A stretch of 63,547 nt of DNA, filler included, from Saprolegnia diclina VS20 (GCF_000281045.1; 5 parts of 2 records of this genome joined end to end with filler, not necessarily neighbours in it); one strand, 5' to 3'. Shown: positions 45,260 to 56,520, counted from the whole stretch's first letter. A program made the numbers and translations. The notes: generated by a model not told the origin, from the sequence alone.

Positions 45260-47854
45260 ATGCTCAAGCTCGCCACGTCCGCCCTTTCGTACCATGCCTG
45301 CAGCGTGAAGCGTCCAGCACCGATCACCGTCCCTCATATCCGCGTCCAAGGGCTTGACGAAGAGCTTCTTTGGCCGCTGCCGCCGCATCAAGTGGCGGCG
45401 CTGCATGCTCTCTATTCCAGTGGCACCTCGATCGTGATCCTGTGCGACATGTTGTTCGAGGCCGACTCGGACGCGATCTACGAACACGAGGACGACGCCG
45501 ACTTGGACGGCGTCGTGGATCGTCTCGATCAGAGCGACCGGGCGGTCATTATTGCGCTCGACAAGCTCGTCATCGACACGACGGGCGACGCGGAGGCGTG
45601 GAAGCCGATGAGCACGCATGCAAGCCTCTTTGGCACCATGGCGGTCACGCTGCCGTCGGACGCGGTCGGCGGCGCCGTCACCATTTCGTATGAAAACCGG
45701 ACGACGTCGTGGGACACGGTTGATGACTGCGTGCTTGGCTTTCACGACACTTGCTCGGTGCACGTGGCCCCCATCACGTCGGGCGCGCGCACGACGCTCT
45801 TCATCCGGGTCGCGATTCAACTACGGGGCAGCGACGACGACGACGATGACGATGACGATGACAACGACGACGACGACGATGACGACGAGAGGGATGAGAC
45901 GCCAATGCTTCTTCCCACGCGCGCGGAGATGATGGACGCTGTCGCCGCGACCCACACGTACAAGTGGGTCGTCATCGACATGCGTATTGATAACCGTGGT
46001 GCGTCCTCGTCGTGTTCGCTGGACGCCATGACTGGCTGCCTGCGCAACGCGGTCGAGTACCTCGTGTCGACAGGCGTCCTGGACGTTGCGTTCGTCTATC
46101 CCAACGAGGTATCGCAAAATGTGTTGTTCCACCCGGCGTGCCATGTCCCGGCCTCGGTCGTCGCTGCCGCCACCCGCAAGCGCCTACAGCGCTTTACGTT
46201 CAGGGAGCTCAACATGGCACGTGGACAGATCACCATGGTGTTTTGGCCCAAGGCGCACCGCGTGTACTTTGTCGGGCTCGAAACTGCAATCTCGCTCTTG
46301 ACGTCGCACGTCGCCGGTGGCAGCACCGACTTGGTCGGGTTCGCGACATTGCGCGAGTTGGCGTCGGCAACGATCCACACGCTCTGTAAAGCCACCCGTG
46401 CACTGCTCGATCTCCGCATGACCTCGGACGACTGGGCCAACCTCAGCGCTTTTGTCGTCAACCATGGCGACGTCGATCTTGCAATGGATTTTCTCTGGCA
46501 CGTGGGCGACCACTATTGGAAGTTCGGCGCGCTAACGATTCGTCGCGACTGGCTCCGTGTTCTCGTGGCGCGCTGCGGGTGGCGCACAGTACTTGGACCT
46601 TTTATTCGCATCATCCAGCGCTCCTACTCCTACTCATACGCCGGTACGATGCTCATGGACTTGGTCGCGGGTCTTGTCGAGAACAACCGCCTTTGCGTGC
46701 GGCAGCACCACGCGACCGAGTTTCTTGCCTCGGCGCTCGAAGAGCTTCTTCAAGTATTCCTGTGCCAGTCCGGCAATTTTCTCCAAAATGCGCTCTGTGT
46801 GTCCTTGTGCTTGACAGCCGAGTCGGCCGATCCACTTGTCGGAGGTGCCTTGGCGCAGCGCCTCCCATTGCCTCTCGTCGAACACATCGACAGCTTTGGG
46901 GCGCCGCGCTATACGCTTGCAGACGCCCTTTTGTGGTACAGAAGCTCCTTTCAGTATGCGCTGCCATCCGTTCTCTTGGCGCTTCTGCCGTCGTTTGGGG
47001 TGCTAGCACTCCAGCCGTTCATCACCATCGCCCTTCAACTATTCGGCCCATCCGAGTACACGTTGTACGACAATGGGATCGTGGCACTACTGCAGCTCAC
47101 ACACGGTACGACAAGCTTTGACGCTGCGTTAGACATTGCATTGGCAAGCAACATGAAGACGGCCCACTGGACGCGATTCCTCCAAACAACGGCGTTGCAA
47201 CTCGCACCGGCGCATGCCGCGCGGCTTCTGGCCCACGTCACGGCCCGATTTGATGCCACGGTCGTGACCCCACTACACGACACGGACGAAGTTTGCAAAC
47301 TGACGTCGGACGCGCCCGGCGCGGTCTGGATCTGCGCCCATTTCGATGACACGCCGGGTCTGGCGGAGCTGCTGGCGTATGCCAAGGCCCTCGAAGCTGC
47401 GCACGAAGCACCCATCACGGTCATCATGGACGTTATCGTACCCTTCCACGACCAGGCCGTGAACGCTGGGCATTCCGACTTTGCTCGGACGCTTGCAGCG
47501 ATTGGGTTGCCGCAACTGACGGCGCGACTGGCGGCGCTATCGGCGCCGACGATCGCCCGCGAACGATCGTCCAAACGATGCCGATGGTGTCCGCGCTACT
47601 GCGACGAGGTCGCAGATTTTGCACGGAGCTCGAGACGGGTGATGTATGTGAGCGACAAGGTGGCGCGCACCATGTGTGTGCCGTTGCGACGGTATCCTGA
47701 GCACGTGGGCGACGTTTGTTGGGCCGAGTTGAGGAACAACCAGTTGGTGCTGGTCAACAACACGGACGAGCTTGTGGCCAAGATGCGCGACGCCGCAACG
47801 CGCCTCGAGTCGAGTCTTACGCGACCGCCAAAGCGCCCGTGTAGTTGCTGGTAA
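45260..47854 (+). CDS. Large protein with a degenerate N-terminal 2OG-Fe(II) oxygenase-like domain, paralog 1
   Basis: LDKLVI..LFGTMAVTLPSDAVGGAVTI..HVAPITSGAR, an Asp tract, VFWPKAHR, a helical body, CRWCPRYC and a C-terminal PPKRP. The ORF opens at 45152. Confidence 0.65.
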   Translation: MLKLATSALSYHACSVKRPAPITVPHIRVQGLDEELLWPLPPHQVAALHALYSSGTSIVILCDMLFEADSDAIYEHEDDADLDGVVDRLDQSDRAVIIALDKLVIDTTGDAEAWKPMSTHASLFGTMAVTLPSDAVGGAVTISYENRTTSWDTVDDCVLGFHDTCSVHVAPITSGARTTLFIRVAIQLRGSDDDDDDDDDDNDDDDDDDERDETPMLLPTRAEMMDAVAATHTYKWVVIDMRIDNRGASSSCSLDAMTGCLRNAVEYLVSTGVLDVAFVYPNEVSQNVLFHPACHVPASVVAAATRKRLQRFTFRELNMARGQITMVFWPKAHRVYFVGLETAISLLTSHVAGGSTDLVGFATLRELASATIHTLCKATRALLDLRMTSDDWANLSAFVVNHGDVDLAMDFLWHVGDHYWKFGALTIRRDWLRVLVARCGWRTVLGPFIRIIQRSYSYSYAGTMLMDLVAGLVENNRLCVRQHHATEFLASALEELLQVFLCQSGNFLQNALCVSLCLTAESADPLVGGALAQRLPLPLVEHIDSFGAPRYTLADALLWYRSSFQYALPSVLLALLPSFGVLALQPFITIALQLFGPSEYTLYDNGIVALLQLTHGTTSFDAALDIALASNMKTAHWTRFLQTTALQLAPAHAARLLAHVTARFDATVVTPLHDTDEVCKLTSDAPGAVWICAHFDDTPGLAELLAYAKALEAAHEAPITVIMDVIVPFHDQAVNAGHSDFARTLAAIGLPQLTARLAALSAPTIARERSSKRCRWCPRYCDEVADFARSSRRVMYVSDKVARTMCVPLRRYPEHVGDVCWAELRNNQLVLVNNTDELVAKMRDAATRLESSLTRPPKRPCSCW

Positions 47855-48070
47855 ATGCATCCCAATCGCCAATGTATCTGATGGGACCTCGGTGGCGAAG
47901 GTCGAACACTAATGTCGTACATACGACTTCAACCGCACTTGAACATTGACCCATGACTTGAAGTGGCGTCAACCGCCATGCGCACCCTGGGACGCCATGA
48001 CGCTATGGGCGGTAGGTCGCGTCGGCCCTTTTAGTGAATCCTACGAGGTCGTGACGCCACGTATGAAAGA

Positions 48071-51000
48071 GTGACCTTACTAGTATTAGAGCAGAGGTTG
48101 GTTCTGCTGCCAGCAACAGCAACTGTGGTCTCGCCACAAGGTCCTCGCCGCTGTCATCCGGATACGACACTCGGAGCATCCGGTTTTGTGCGCTTTTCGT
48201 CGCTGATGATGGACGCGCTCGTGGGCCAACTCGGTGCGATGCCAGCAGCGCAGGGGCACCTCGTACGTCGGCAGCAAGGACGCATCTCGCTCCATGGCAT
48301 GAGTTTGATCGCTGACACGCTGGCGGCGTCCGGCCTGTCGTCGCACGTGCAAGCGCAGCTGGTCGACGTAGCGCGCCTCGATCGCCACGACGAAGCCGCC
48401 ATCGTCCAAGCCATCGAGAGCGCGATGGCGCCGGGTGCAGCGTTTTCCCTGAAGTTGTCGCACCTCATGGTGCACCGCGTTGATGGTCGCGCCGACTTAA
48501 CGAGTCGCGAGAGACCTGAAGGGACATTCGGCANNNNNNNNNNNNNNNNNNNNNNNNNNNNNNNNNNNNNNNNNNNNNNNNNNNNNNNNNNNNNNNNNNN
48601 NNNNNNNNNNNNNNNNNNNNNNNNNNNNNNNNNNNNNNNNNNNNNNNNNNNNNNNNNNNNNNNNNNNNNNNNNNNNNNNNNNNNNNNNNNNNNNNNNNNN
48701 GACGTCGATGTGACGCCGGTCTCGGACGGCGCGCGCGCGATGCTGCTCTTCCACCTCGTCTTCAACGACATTGACGACGCACCACAACAGCCGTTTGACA
48801 CAACGTCTGCCCTTGCCGCGCTGCTCCTCGAAGCGTCCAAAGCGCACCAAGACGCCACACTCCACGCGTTTGTGCTGCAGAACCAAGACATGCCCGTGCG
48901 CTTCGCGACGTTGTCGGCCGCCGACAAACTCCGCATGCAGCGGCTCGCCGAGGCCGACTGCGTCGACATGGCGCTCGTCACGGCCATACCGAGGCGCTGC
49001 CCCGACAAGGTAGACCTCGTGATAGCACAACGTACACTGACAACGGGCGTGTGGCAGGCGCGCGACCGGTTTCTAACCATGTGCTTGCATTTACTCGACG
49101 CCGGCGTCAGCGACGACAACGACGATGATGATGATGAAGAGGAAGAGGGAGAGGAGGACAGAGAAGCAGAGGAGGAAGCCAACGAGCTCGGAAAAGACGA
49201 CGCCGACTTGCAACATCATCTGGAAGCGTTTGGGACCCTTCCGCACGCACACTACATTCTGTCGCCCGTCGTGCACCCCTCGTGTGCGCTACCGGCACAG
49301 CTCAAGCACGCGCTCCGCCATAAACCGCTATGGGACCTCCGCCCTCATCTGCACCACACGAGCACGATTGCAGACGATGACCCGGTACGTTGTCTGGTCG
49401 TTTGGCCGCGACAACACCGCGTCCGGCTGCTCGGCTTTCGCACGTCGCTCGCGCAACTGAAGGCCCTTGTCGCCGGGACCTCGAGGGACCTCTACGGCTA
49501 CGCGTCGATCCCGGCATTTGCGGCGGCCGTTCTGGACATGGTCGGCTCGGACGTCGACGAGCCTTCGCTTCTGTGTGACGTACCGGACGTGCTCCGGCTC
49601 AGCTCCGTGCTGGTAGCGCTCGGTGATGTTGCGTTGATCCGGAACGTTCTCGCCGTCATCGAGATGGAGAAGATGCATGCGCCGCTCCGAGACGTGGTCG
49701 TGACGATGCTGCGTCACTTTGGGTGGACGACACTGCAATCGGCGATCCAAGATCTGGTTCAGCGGACGCCGACACGTCTTCTCGAGCTATCGCATGCCGC
49801 CGCGTTCCTCGTGGGCTGTCTCGAGCTCGAGCAGCCGTACCTCCGCAAGATGATTGTGGCGGCGTACTGGACGCTGCTCGAGATGCTCGATGGCCTCTCT
49901 GCGTTTCGTACCAACCCGAGTATCGCCAGTGCGCTGCTCCAAGACTTGCTGCGCCTCGAAGGCTATTTGCGCGCACCCCGTACGGCAGCGTCGCACCGCA
50001 TGTATCTCGACACGCGTCTCCCGCCTGGCGTCGTCGACCATATCGCGTTGTTTCTGCGCCCCTGTGCACTCGTGGACGTCGTCACGACACATCATTTTGC
50101 ACCGATGACGGTGGTTGCGTCAGCACTCTACGCGCTACGTGACACCCACGTGGTGTCCGTCCAGTCGTACCGAGCACGCGTCGATCGCGCAGTCGATGGT
50201 GCGCTTTGGCCACCAGTTGACAAGAGCAAGGACCACAACCCTAACCGCAACCGAAACGTGACAACAGACATGACCGCCGTGCTGGCGCTGGCCTTGCTTC
50301 GCGGCTCCGAGACGTTTGAAGCTCTACTCGATCGCTGTCTCGCAGTGTGTACACCGACGAACGTCGTCGACTCGATATATGGTCTCGTGACGCAGTGCCC
50401 CGGCGCGGTCCCGCCCGGCGCCACGAAGGCTCTGGCTGCCTGCGTTCTCGAAGCTGCCAGCAGTGGGATTCGCAGTGCCACCACGAGCACGATTGCCGTA
50501 GACACAGCAACGACGGCGTGGCAAACACTGCAGGCGCTCGACGCCATAACGCAAGCGGATGCAATCGTCGATGCCGTCGACTACTGCGTGGCCGCTCTCG
50601 CTTCGGACCACACGCGGCCCCAGTACGCTACCCGCATCGTCTCTAAATGGTGTCCAGTCGTTGCTGAGACGCATGAGCTACCGCGACTGCGCCGGCTACT
50701 GGCTTTGTTACAGCCCACCTTGGAGGCGTCCGTGGCAGCGCAGCGTCGCCCGTCACCCAACATGACAAAATGGGCGATTCCGTCGACGTACTTTTACTGC
50801 GACTGTGCGCTTTGCTCGGCGGCGGAGGCGTTTGTGCACGACCCGTCGCGTGGTGTGTTTACGGTCCCGGGCAATGGCTGCAGTTGCATCCATTTCTTTG
50901 CCCGTCTCCAGCGCACCAAGCCCTTCCGCGACCTCGAGGTTGGCTACGATGCCGACAAACTCGAGTTTTTCAAAGTTGGTGCAAAGGACGTACGCGACCA

Positions 51001-51085
51001 TGACGATCTAGTGCGCGCTCTCGCTCTTGTCCGTGATGTCGTTGACGGCGACGATCCCGCACCCAAGCGGCTGCGGTGTGCCTGA
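48071..51085 (+). CDS. Large protein with a degenerate 2OG-Fe(II) oxygenase-like domain, paralog 2 (gap 48534..48700)
   Basis: LSHLMV..EGTFG[gap]DVTPVSDGARAMLLFHL, an acidic tract, VVWPRQHR, RLPPGVVDHI (RLPLPLVEHI in paralog 1), CDCALC and a C-terminal PAPKRLR. Start uncertain. Confidence 0.65.
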   Translation: MTLLVLEQRLVLLPATATVVSPQGPRRCHPDTTLGASGFVRFSSLMMDALVGQLGAMPAAQGHLVRRQQGRISLHGMSLIADTLAASGLSSHVQAQLVDVARLDRHDEAAIVQAIESAMAPGAAFSLKLSHLMVHRVDGRADLTSRERPEGTFGXXXXXXXXXXXXXXXXXXXXXXXXXXXXXXXXXXXXXXXXXXXXXXXXXXXXXXXXDVDVTPVSDGARAMLLFHLVFNDIDDAPQQPFDTTSALAALLLEASKAHQDATLHAFVLQNQDMPVRFATLSAADKLRMQRLAEADCVDMALVTAIPRRCPDKVDLVIAQRTLTTGVWQARDRFLTMCLHLLDAGVSDDNDDDDDEEEEGEEDREAEEEANELGKDDADLQHHLEAFGTLPHAHYILSPVVHPSCALPAQLKHALRHKPLWDLRPHLHHTSTIADDDPVRCLVVWPRQHRVRLLGFRTSLAQLKALVAGTSRDLYGYASIPAFAAAVLDMVGSDVDEPSLLCDVPDVLRLSSVLVALGDVALIRNVLAVIEMEKMHAPLRDVVVTMLRHFGWTTLQSAIQDLVQRTPTRLLELSHAAAFLVGCLELEQPYLRKMIVAAYWTLLEMLDGLSAFRTNPSIASALLQDLLRLEGYLRAPRTAASHRMYLDTRLPPGVVDHIALFLRPCALVDVVTTHHFAPMTVVASALYALRDTHVVSVQSYRARVDRAVDGALWPPVDKSKDHNPNRNRNVTTDMTAVLALALLRGSETFEALLDRCLAVCTPTNVVDSIYGLVTQCPGAVPPGATKALAACVLEAASSGIRSATTSTIAVDTATTAWQTLQALDAITQADAIVDAVDYCVAALASDHTRPQYATRIVSKWCPVVAETHELPRLRRLLALLQPTLEASVAAQRRPSPNMTKWAIPSTYFYCDCALCSAAEAFVHDPSRGVFTVPGNGCSCIHFFARLQRTKPFRDLEVGYDADKLEFFKVGAKDVRDHDDLVRALALVRDVVDGDDPAPKRLRCA

Positions 51086-51151
51086 CTGTGGACCAACGAA
51101 CAAAGCATTTCGTTTGATTTTCGAGTAAAATAGGTACAAGACAAGGTGTCG

Positions 51152-52183
51152 CTACTCGTCGTCGTCGTCGCTGATGCCTTGAAACGTGATGACATACCGC
51201 AGCCGGACTTGCGTCTCGCGGTACACAACGTACGTGTCATGCCGCTGCATCAATGGCGTCTCTTGGTGCACGAGCGGACCATGGGCCATGTGGAGGCCGT
51301 CGACGATGCACCGTGACGACGCCGGCGTCATTGCGCCAGGGACGCGCACCGCGTCATAGCCGTCGGGCGCCGACTGCCACTGTGGCGTGGGGCCATCAAC
51401 GAGCGTGTGCACAGCACCCAGCGCCGCTTGGACGACAAAGACACAACCGGCGCCGACGCCGTCGCCCATGTGTGTCATTGCGTCTTCCATCGAGTTGCTC
51501 AAGTACACGCCGCGGCCGTAGCGCAGGTGGCGTCCGTCGGACGTCGTATCGATGCGCAGGCCATGGGCGAGTATGGCCGCAACCGCACTACCCCGCGCTC
51601 CGTAAAAGAGCAGCTGGTGGTTCCCAATCGTCGCGTCGATCGGGGCTGCGTGGATCGCCCAGACGTGCTTGGTGCGCACGCCGGCGTAGATCCCTCGGGT
51701 CGACCGCGCACACTCGAGAAGGCGTTGGCAGCCAGCGTCATTCCGCGACGAGAGCGGCTGCAGCTGTCCATAGAGATGCTTTGTCGACGCAATCGACTGC
51801 GTCAGGCACTGGTTGTGGAGCAGTGCGACGGCATCGTGTAGCGGTTCCAGTGGCAGGAGGCAGCTCGGGACAGGCGCGGTCGCATCGGATGGCGCAAGAC
51901 ACGGCAAGAGGCCGTAGAAGGCCAACGCGTACGCGCGCAGCTCGTGGGTAGTAAGCGCCTTCCCCGAAGCAATGGCGTGCGTCCACTGCGTCAGCGTGTG
52001 GCGGGCGGCAGCAATCGTGTTGAGGCGAACCGAGAGCGACGCAGGCAAGCCCATGGTCCGTAGCTCCAGCTGCACGACGGCAGGGTCGAGCAGCTGCGAG
52101 AGCCACTCGGCCGTCGGGTCTGCCGTGTGTCGCTTGGGCGCAAGGCGGCGGCGAGGCGTGGGGGCAGCGCGCTTCCGGGTCAT
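51152..52183 (-). CDS. PARP catalytic-domain homologue with a remnant regulatory domain, predicted inactive
   Basis: AFYGLLP (regulatory-like), QLLFYGAR..AILAHGLRI, YGRGVYLSN, QAALG, GYDAV and HDTYVVYRETQVRLRYVI. Confidence 0.8.
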   Translation of the reverse strand: MTRKRAAPTPRRRLAPKRHTADPTAEWLSQLLDPAVVQLELRTMGLPASLSVRLNTIAAARHTLTQWTHAIASGKALTTHELRAYALAFYGLLPCLAPSDATAPVPSCLLPLEPLHDAVALLHNQCLTQSIASTKHLYGQLQPLSSRNDAGCQRLLECARSTRGIYAGVRTKHVWAIHAAPIDATIGNHQLLFYGARGSAVAAILAHGLRIDTTSDGRHLRYGRGVYLSNSMEDAMTHMGDGVGAGCVFVVQAALGAVHTLVDGPTPQWQSAPDGYDAVRVPGAMTPASSRCIVDGLHMAHGPLVHQETPLMQRHDTYVVYRETQVRLRYVITFQGISDDDDE

Positions 52184-52621
52184 ATCTTGAACTGCTCCTC
52201 GGATTCGTACGGCTGCTGGTGACCGTCATTGGGCGGTTCAGGACCAGCACTCACATTTCGAATCCAGCATTAAAAGCATTAGAAAGTATTAGAAAGCATT
52301 ATCGTCGCTACCTGCACCACATTCGTTGCTCCGTAGCAGCACACGGCGTCTTGAAATGTTGCATCACGTGCCTTCATGCCATTGGTTGCAGATACGTATC
52401 CCTTGGGTAGACCCGACGTGGACAAGGTAGTGCTTGGAATGCAGCGCTCGAAACGACCAAGGTCGAATACTTTATTTTCTGCGTTTCATTGGTGCAAAAG
52501 ATAGAAACTCTCGGATTCGATTCGCCGTTGCAAACTCAATGCCCAATACAATGAGCAAGTCAAACTCAATGGCATTGATTTTGAGAGGTGGCACCGGCCA
52601 AGTGCCAAGACCAGAAGGCCC

Positions 52622-53883
52622 ATGACCGCCAGCCAGAAGACACACTCGGGCCGCCGAGGACCGCGCTTGACGACGCCCGAAGGCGTCAACGTCTGTCTCT
52701 TCTGCCGTAACCCCAAGCGCCACAAGCCCTTCTGCCCGCAGCAACCCCGACCGTACGTTGCCCACGGTGCCTGCCTCGTTTGACCTCGTGGATCTTCCAG
52801 GCAGCGGCAGAGCATCTACGCTGAATCGCCACCGCGCGCGCGGCCCGCGCCATGGGAGCCAGCACTTGCGCCGCACGATCCGTTCAACGTCGTCGATGTA
52901 CGCCCGCCCCGCCGCCCTCGCGCATCGGCAAATGACGAACTGGCCAGCACCGACGGCGTGACCGACGACATGGCCAGTCCGGCGCCGCCCATGGCCGTTG
53001 CCGCCATCACGCCCGAGACCACATTGCCCGAGACCACGGTCGCGCTCGCACCGCCCGCGCTCTCGTACACCCTCGCCTTCGAGGACATTGTCTGAGAGAG
53101 GTGGTCTTTTGTAGGCTACAGCAGCGTGCTACTGCATCGAGCTTTGTCGCGCGGATCTGGGCCGAGCGCGAAGCAACCTTGCCGCGCCTGTACTGTCTGC
53201 GGCCGCGTGGCGGTCTCGACCATCTGCGGTGGCCCAGCTGGAAGTACACGATGCCGGACCCGCTCTTGATCCACCCGACGCGGTCGTCGGACCCCGACGT
53301 ATCGCAGTTTGGCGGCACGGACGTGCTCGTGTGGTGTCCGTTTACGTTCTTCCCGCACATCATCGACCTCACGACCTTGAGCTGCCCGGCGTGCGGCGCC
53401 ACCGGCTGCATCTCGTCGGACGGGTGGTCGAAAGACTTTGCATCGGTCATCGCCAACGATGGCCAGCGCGCGCTCCTACGAAGCCGACGCCTCCGCCACA
53501 TCAAGTGCCCGCGCGCCAAGACGGACACGTGCTTCTCGAGCCTCGACGAGCACCTTTTAGCGCACTGGTACCCCGACGTGTTGCTGCGGCTTTTGCCGAC
53601 GCAGACATGGGGCGACCACGAGGTCGGCGCAGCGCCGACAACCGAGCTGCTGCCACCGACGACGGTCGCTATCGACGCCACTGTCGGGGCGCCGCCAGAG
53701 GCAGTGACCAAGCGACCACGCGAGCTGCTGCCGTGCCCCCACTGTGGCAATGCGACTCGCTTCCATCGCTCGGCCGAGTCCAAGTCGTGTGAGCTCTACC
53801 AGTTTTACAAGGAGCACAAGTTTTCAAAGAACGGCTTTGAGAAGGCCATCGTGGCCTTCCGGCAGCGCCCGGTTCACGTGTAA
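52622..53883 (+). CDS. Three-exon Cys/His-rich protein (introns 52753..52800 and 53065..53114)
   Basis: Both GT-AG introns keep the frame. Motifs CLFCRNPKRHKPFC, VWCP..LSCPAC..DGW..RRLRHIKC..FSSLD and CPHC..H..C. Confidence 0.65.
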
Positions 53884-54296
53884 TGCGTCATCTCGTCGGT
53901 AGTATATGTAGTCGTATTACCATGTTGTGGTGTTCCCCTAACCCTTAGGGGTAGGGTAGAGCATGCAAGCTCGTACGCTTGCTGCATGCAGAGCGAGGAC
54001 AGAAGACGAGGCATTCTTGTCGACATGTCATTGATTGAGAGGCGGGCGTACATCCAAGGAGACATGGAGTTCGACGTGGAGGCTGGGGCGCCGACGAGCG
54101 CCGTTGCACACGAGTTTTGGCAAGCCGTGGAGCACGGTAGCGCAGTGGTGGTGTGGTCGTTCTCACCGCACGAGGTGGCCGTGTAGCCCAATGCAGAAGC
54201 ATGGCTCGTGGGTCGGAGGCAGCGAGGGTGACGTCCACAAGTCTGCAGTGATCTCGAAAACACATGCGATTCTAGTCGATATATTGATAGAACAAA

Positions 54297-55769
54297 CTAG
54301 AGTTTGGGCGACGGCGCGCGGGTGCGAATAGCTTCGAGAAACGCGACGACGGTATCGCCGTAGGCGAGTGCCCGGGGCGACGTAAAGATGTTGAACGCGT
54401 GCTGCGCGGATGGCACTTTGATAAAGACGTCGGGGATCCGAGGTCGATCGGTCGCCGCCGTCTCGGCGCGCATCGTCTGCAGCGCGTCATAAAACTCCTT
54501 CGAATCCTCAAAAGGAACGACCGAGTCGAATTCACCGTGGACGAGTAAGAACGGCGGGACAGGATACTTTCGATCAAGGACGTACTGCAGCGACGACGCC
54601 GCTTGGAAATGCACTTTGGTCGACGGGCGCAGCTTCTTTTGCATGAGCATGACCTCAATGTACTTGCGAAAGCCGTCGGCGTTGTCCCGTTTCCGAAAGT
54701 GGCCGTGGCGGTCGAGGACGTCGTGGATGCCGTAGGCGTCAATACACGCCGAGACGGACGTGTCGACGGCTTCAAACCCTGGCTGGAACCGCCTACACCG
54801 TACTTGACAGCCACTGTCAATGGATCGCAAGACGTACGTTTCGCCCGAGGTGACGGCGACGAGGGAAGCAAGATGCCCGCCCGCCGACTCGCCGCCGACC
54901 ACAATCATACTACACATAGTACAAACATCAACAACAACGCATCTGAGGATCCTAACCTACCCCGCATCCAAGTCGAGTTCGGTCGTCGTGCGCAGATACG
55001 CAATCGCGCGCTTGCAGTCGATGAGGTTGGTGGGAAAGCCGGCAAAAGGCGCGAGGCGGTAGTCGATCGAGCAAAAGAGCCAGCCCTTCGAACACACCTA
55101 CGCTCGCGTGAGACGTCGCCGTCATCCAGAGCCACGACCTGATGCAAGAGCGCTTGTGGCGCATACGACCGGTTGCCCACGAGCCAGCCACCGCCGTGAA
55201 TGAAGAGGAAGACGGGCGGCTTGGGGCCGCAGCTCTTGTGTTTGAACACGTCCATCTGCATGGCCCGCGACACGCGCTTGCCGACGTGCGCATACGTCTT
55301 GGTGCCAAGGCACTCGACGCCAGGGTACATGCCCTTGAGCGCGAGCTGCATGGGGAGTGGGCTCCAGATGAGGAGCCATTGCCACATCGAGCGCGCGCCA
55401 ATAGCCGTCGCAGCGGTCGCGGGCGACAGCAGCTGCTTGCGGATGCACGCTTCTTGAAAGGCGTGCTTGGCCGCTGCGTTGCTACGAAAGAGCTGCACAA
55501 GCCGAAAGATGACGTAGGCGTGGAGGAGCTGGACCCAGCGCTGCGACGTGCGGCGGTAGTAGAGCAGCATGCTGTGCAATACCAAGAAGAGATGCGATAG
55601 CTCGCCGGGCACCATCGAGACGAAGAAGGACACCATCGACTACAAATCACATTGGGCTGGGCGTGAAGGCGAAGAAGAAGCGTACCTGGAGGCGCGGGAA
55701 CCGGTACTGCGCGCGCTGCGTGAGCACGCCGAGCGTCGCCGCATATGCCGCAAAGAGTCCGTCACTCAT
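54297..55769 (-). CDS. Alpha/beta hydrolase (HSL-type esterase/lipase), multi-exon
   Basis: PVFLFIHGGGW, SIDYRL, GGESAGGHLA (Ser), HGEFDSVVP (Asp) and AQHAF (His). Confidence 0.88.
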
Positions 55770-56520
55770 GGCGCTTTTGCAAGTGCAAAGTGATTTGGCC
55801 AAATGAAAACAGCTGGCGCCCCCAAGCTTCAACGCGGTGCCGGCAGAAGGCGCCTGTCCAATGCTGCTGCCCTTTCTAGCGGTTTCACGCCATCGCTCGA
55901 CCAAGCGGTAAGGGACAGCGCCTCACCAACGTTGCAGTGAAAGATACTGACGACGCGCACGAACGAGGCGGTGCCCAAGCAGTGGTTGTGCTGACGACGG
56001 GCATCATCACCGCGATCAGCACTGAAATCGACCGGCTTAGCTAATACGGTCCAATCTCTGTCGGCATCGTCGGCTACTTGCTGTTTGATTGGACGTGCAG
56101 CAACAGCGATGTTCGAAGGAACGCAGCGCGGATCTTGCAGCTCACGTTGGCTGCTACCTTGGGCACTAAACGGTGGCTTGGGGTTGTTGTATGGGCGAAC
56201 GACACGGCCAGAAATGTATGGACCTAATGACAGAATCGACCTTCTCGCGTCAGTAGAATCGCACGTCGCATGAACGTTAAAAAAACTCGTCGCAGCGAAA
56301 GCGACTGCTTTGGCTCTTGTCGGTTCGTGGGATTTGAAGTGGCGCGTCGTGGCAGCAGCTTGTGACGTCAGATTTCGAGCGATTGGATTGGTCGAATTCA
56401 AAGTACTTTCTTTTAGCCAATCATATCGCACAATGATGTACCTCGTGCATGGCGACCGAAATGATTTTCTGCAAAAATCCAAAATGTAGCTCCTGAGGAC
56501 AAATTCCCCAATGCACAATC

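Noticed and set aside
45834..45888. GAC/GAT trinucleotide tracts (also near 16500, 19555 and 49110)
   Set aside because: They encode ordinary acidic low-complexity linkers within CDSs.
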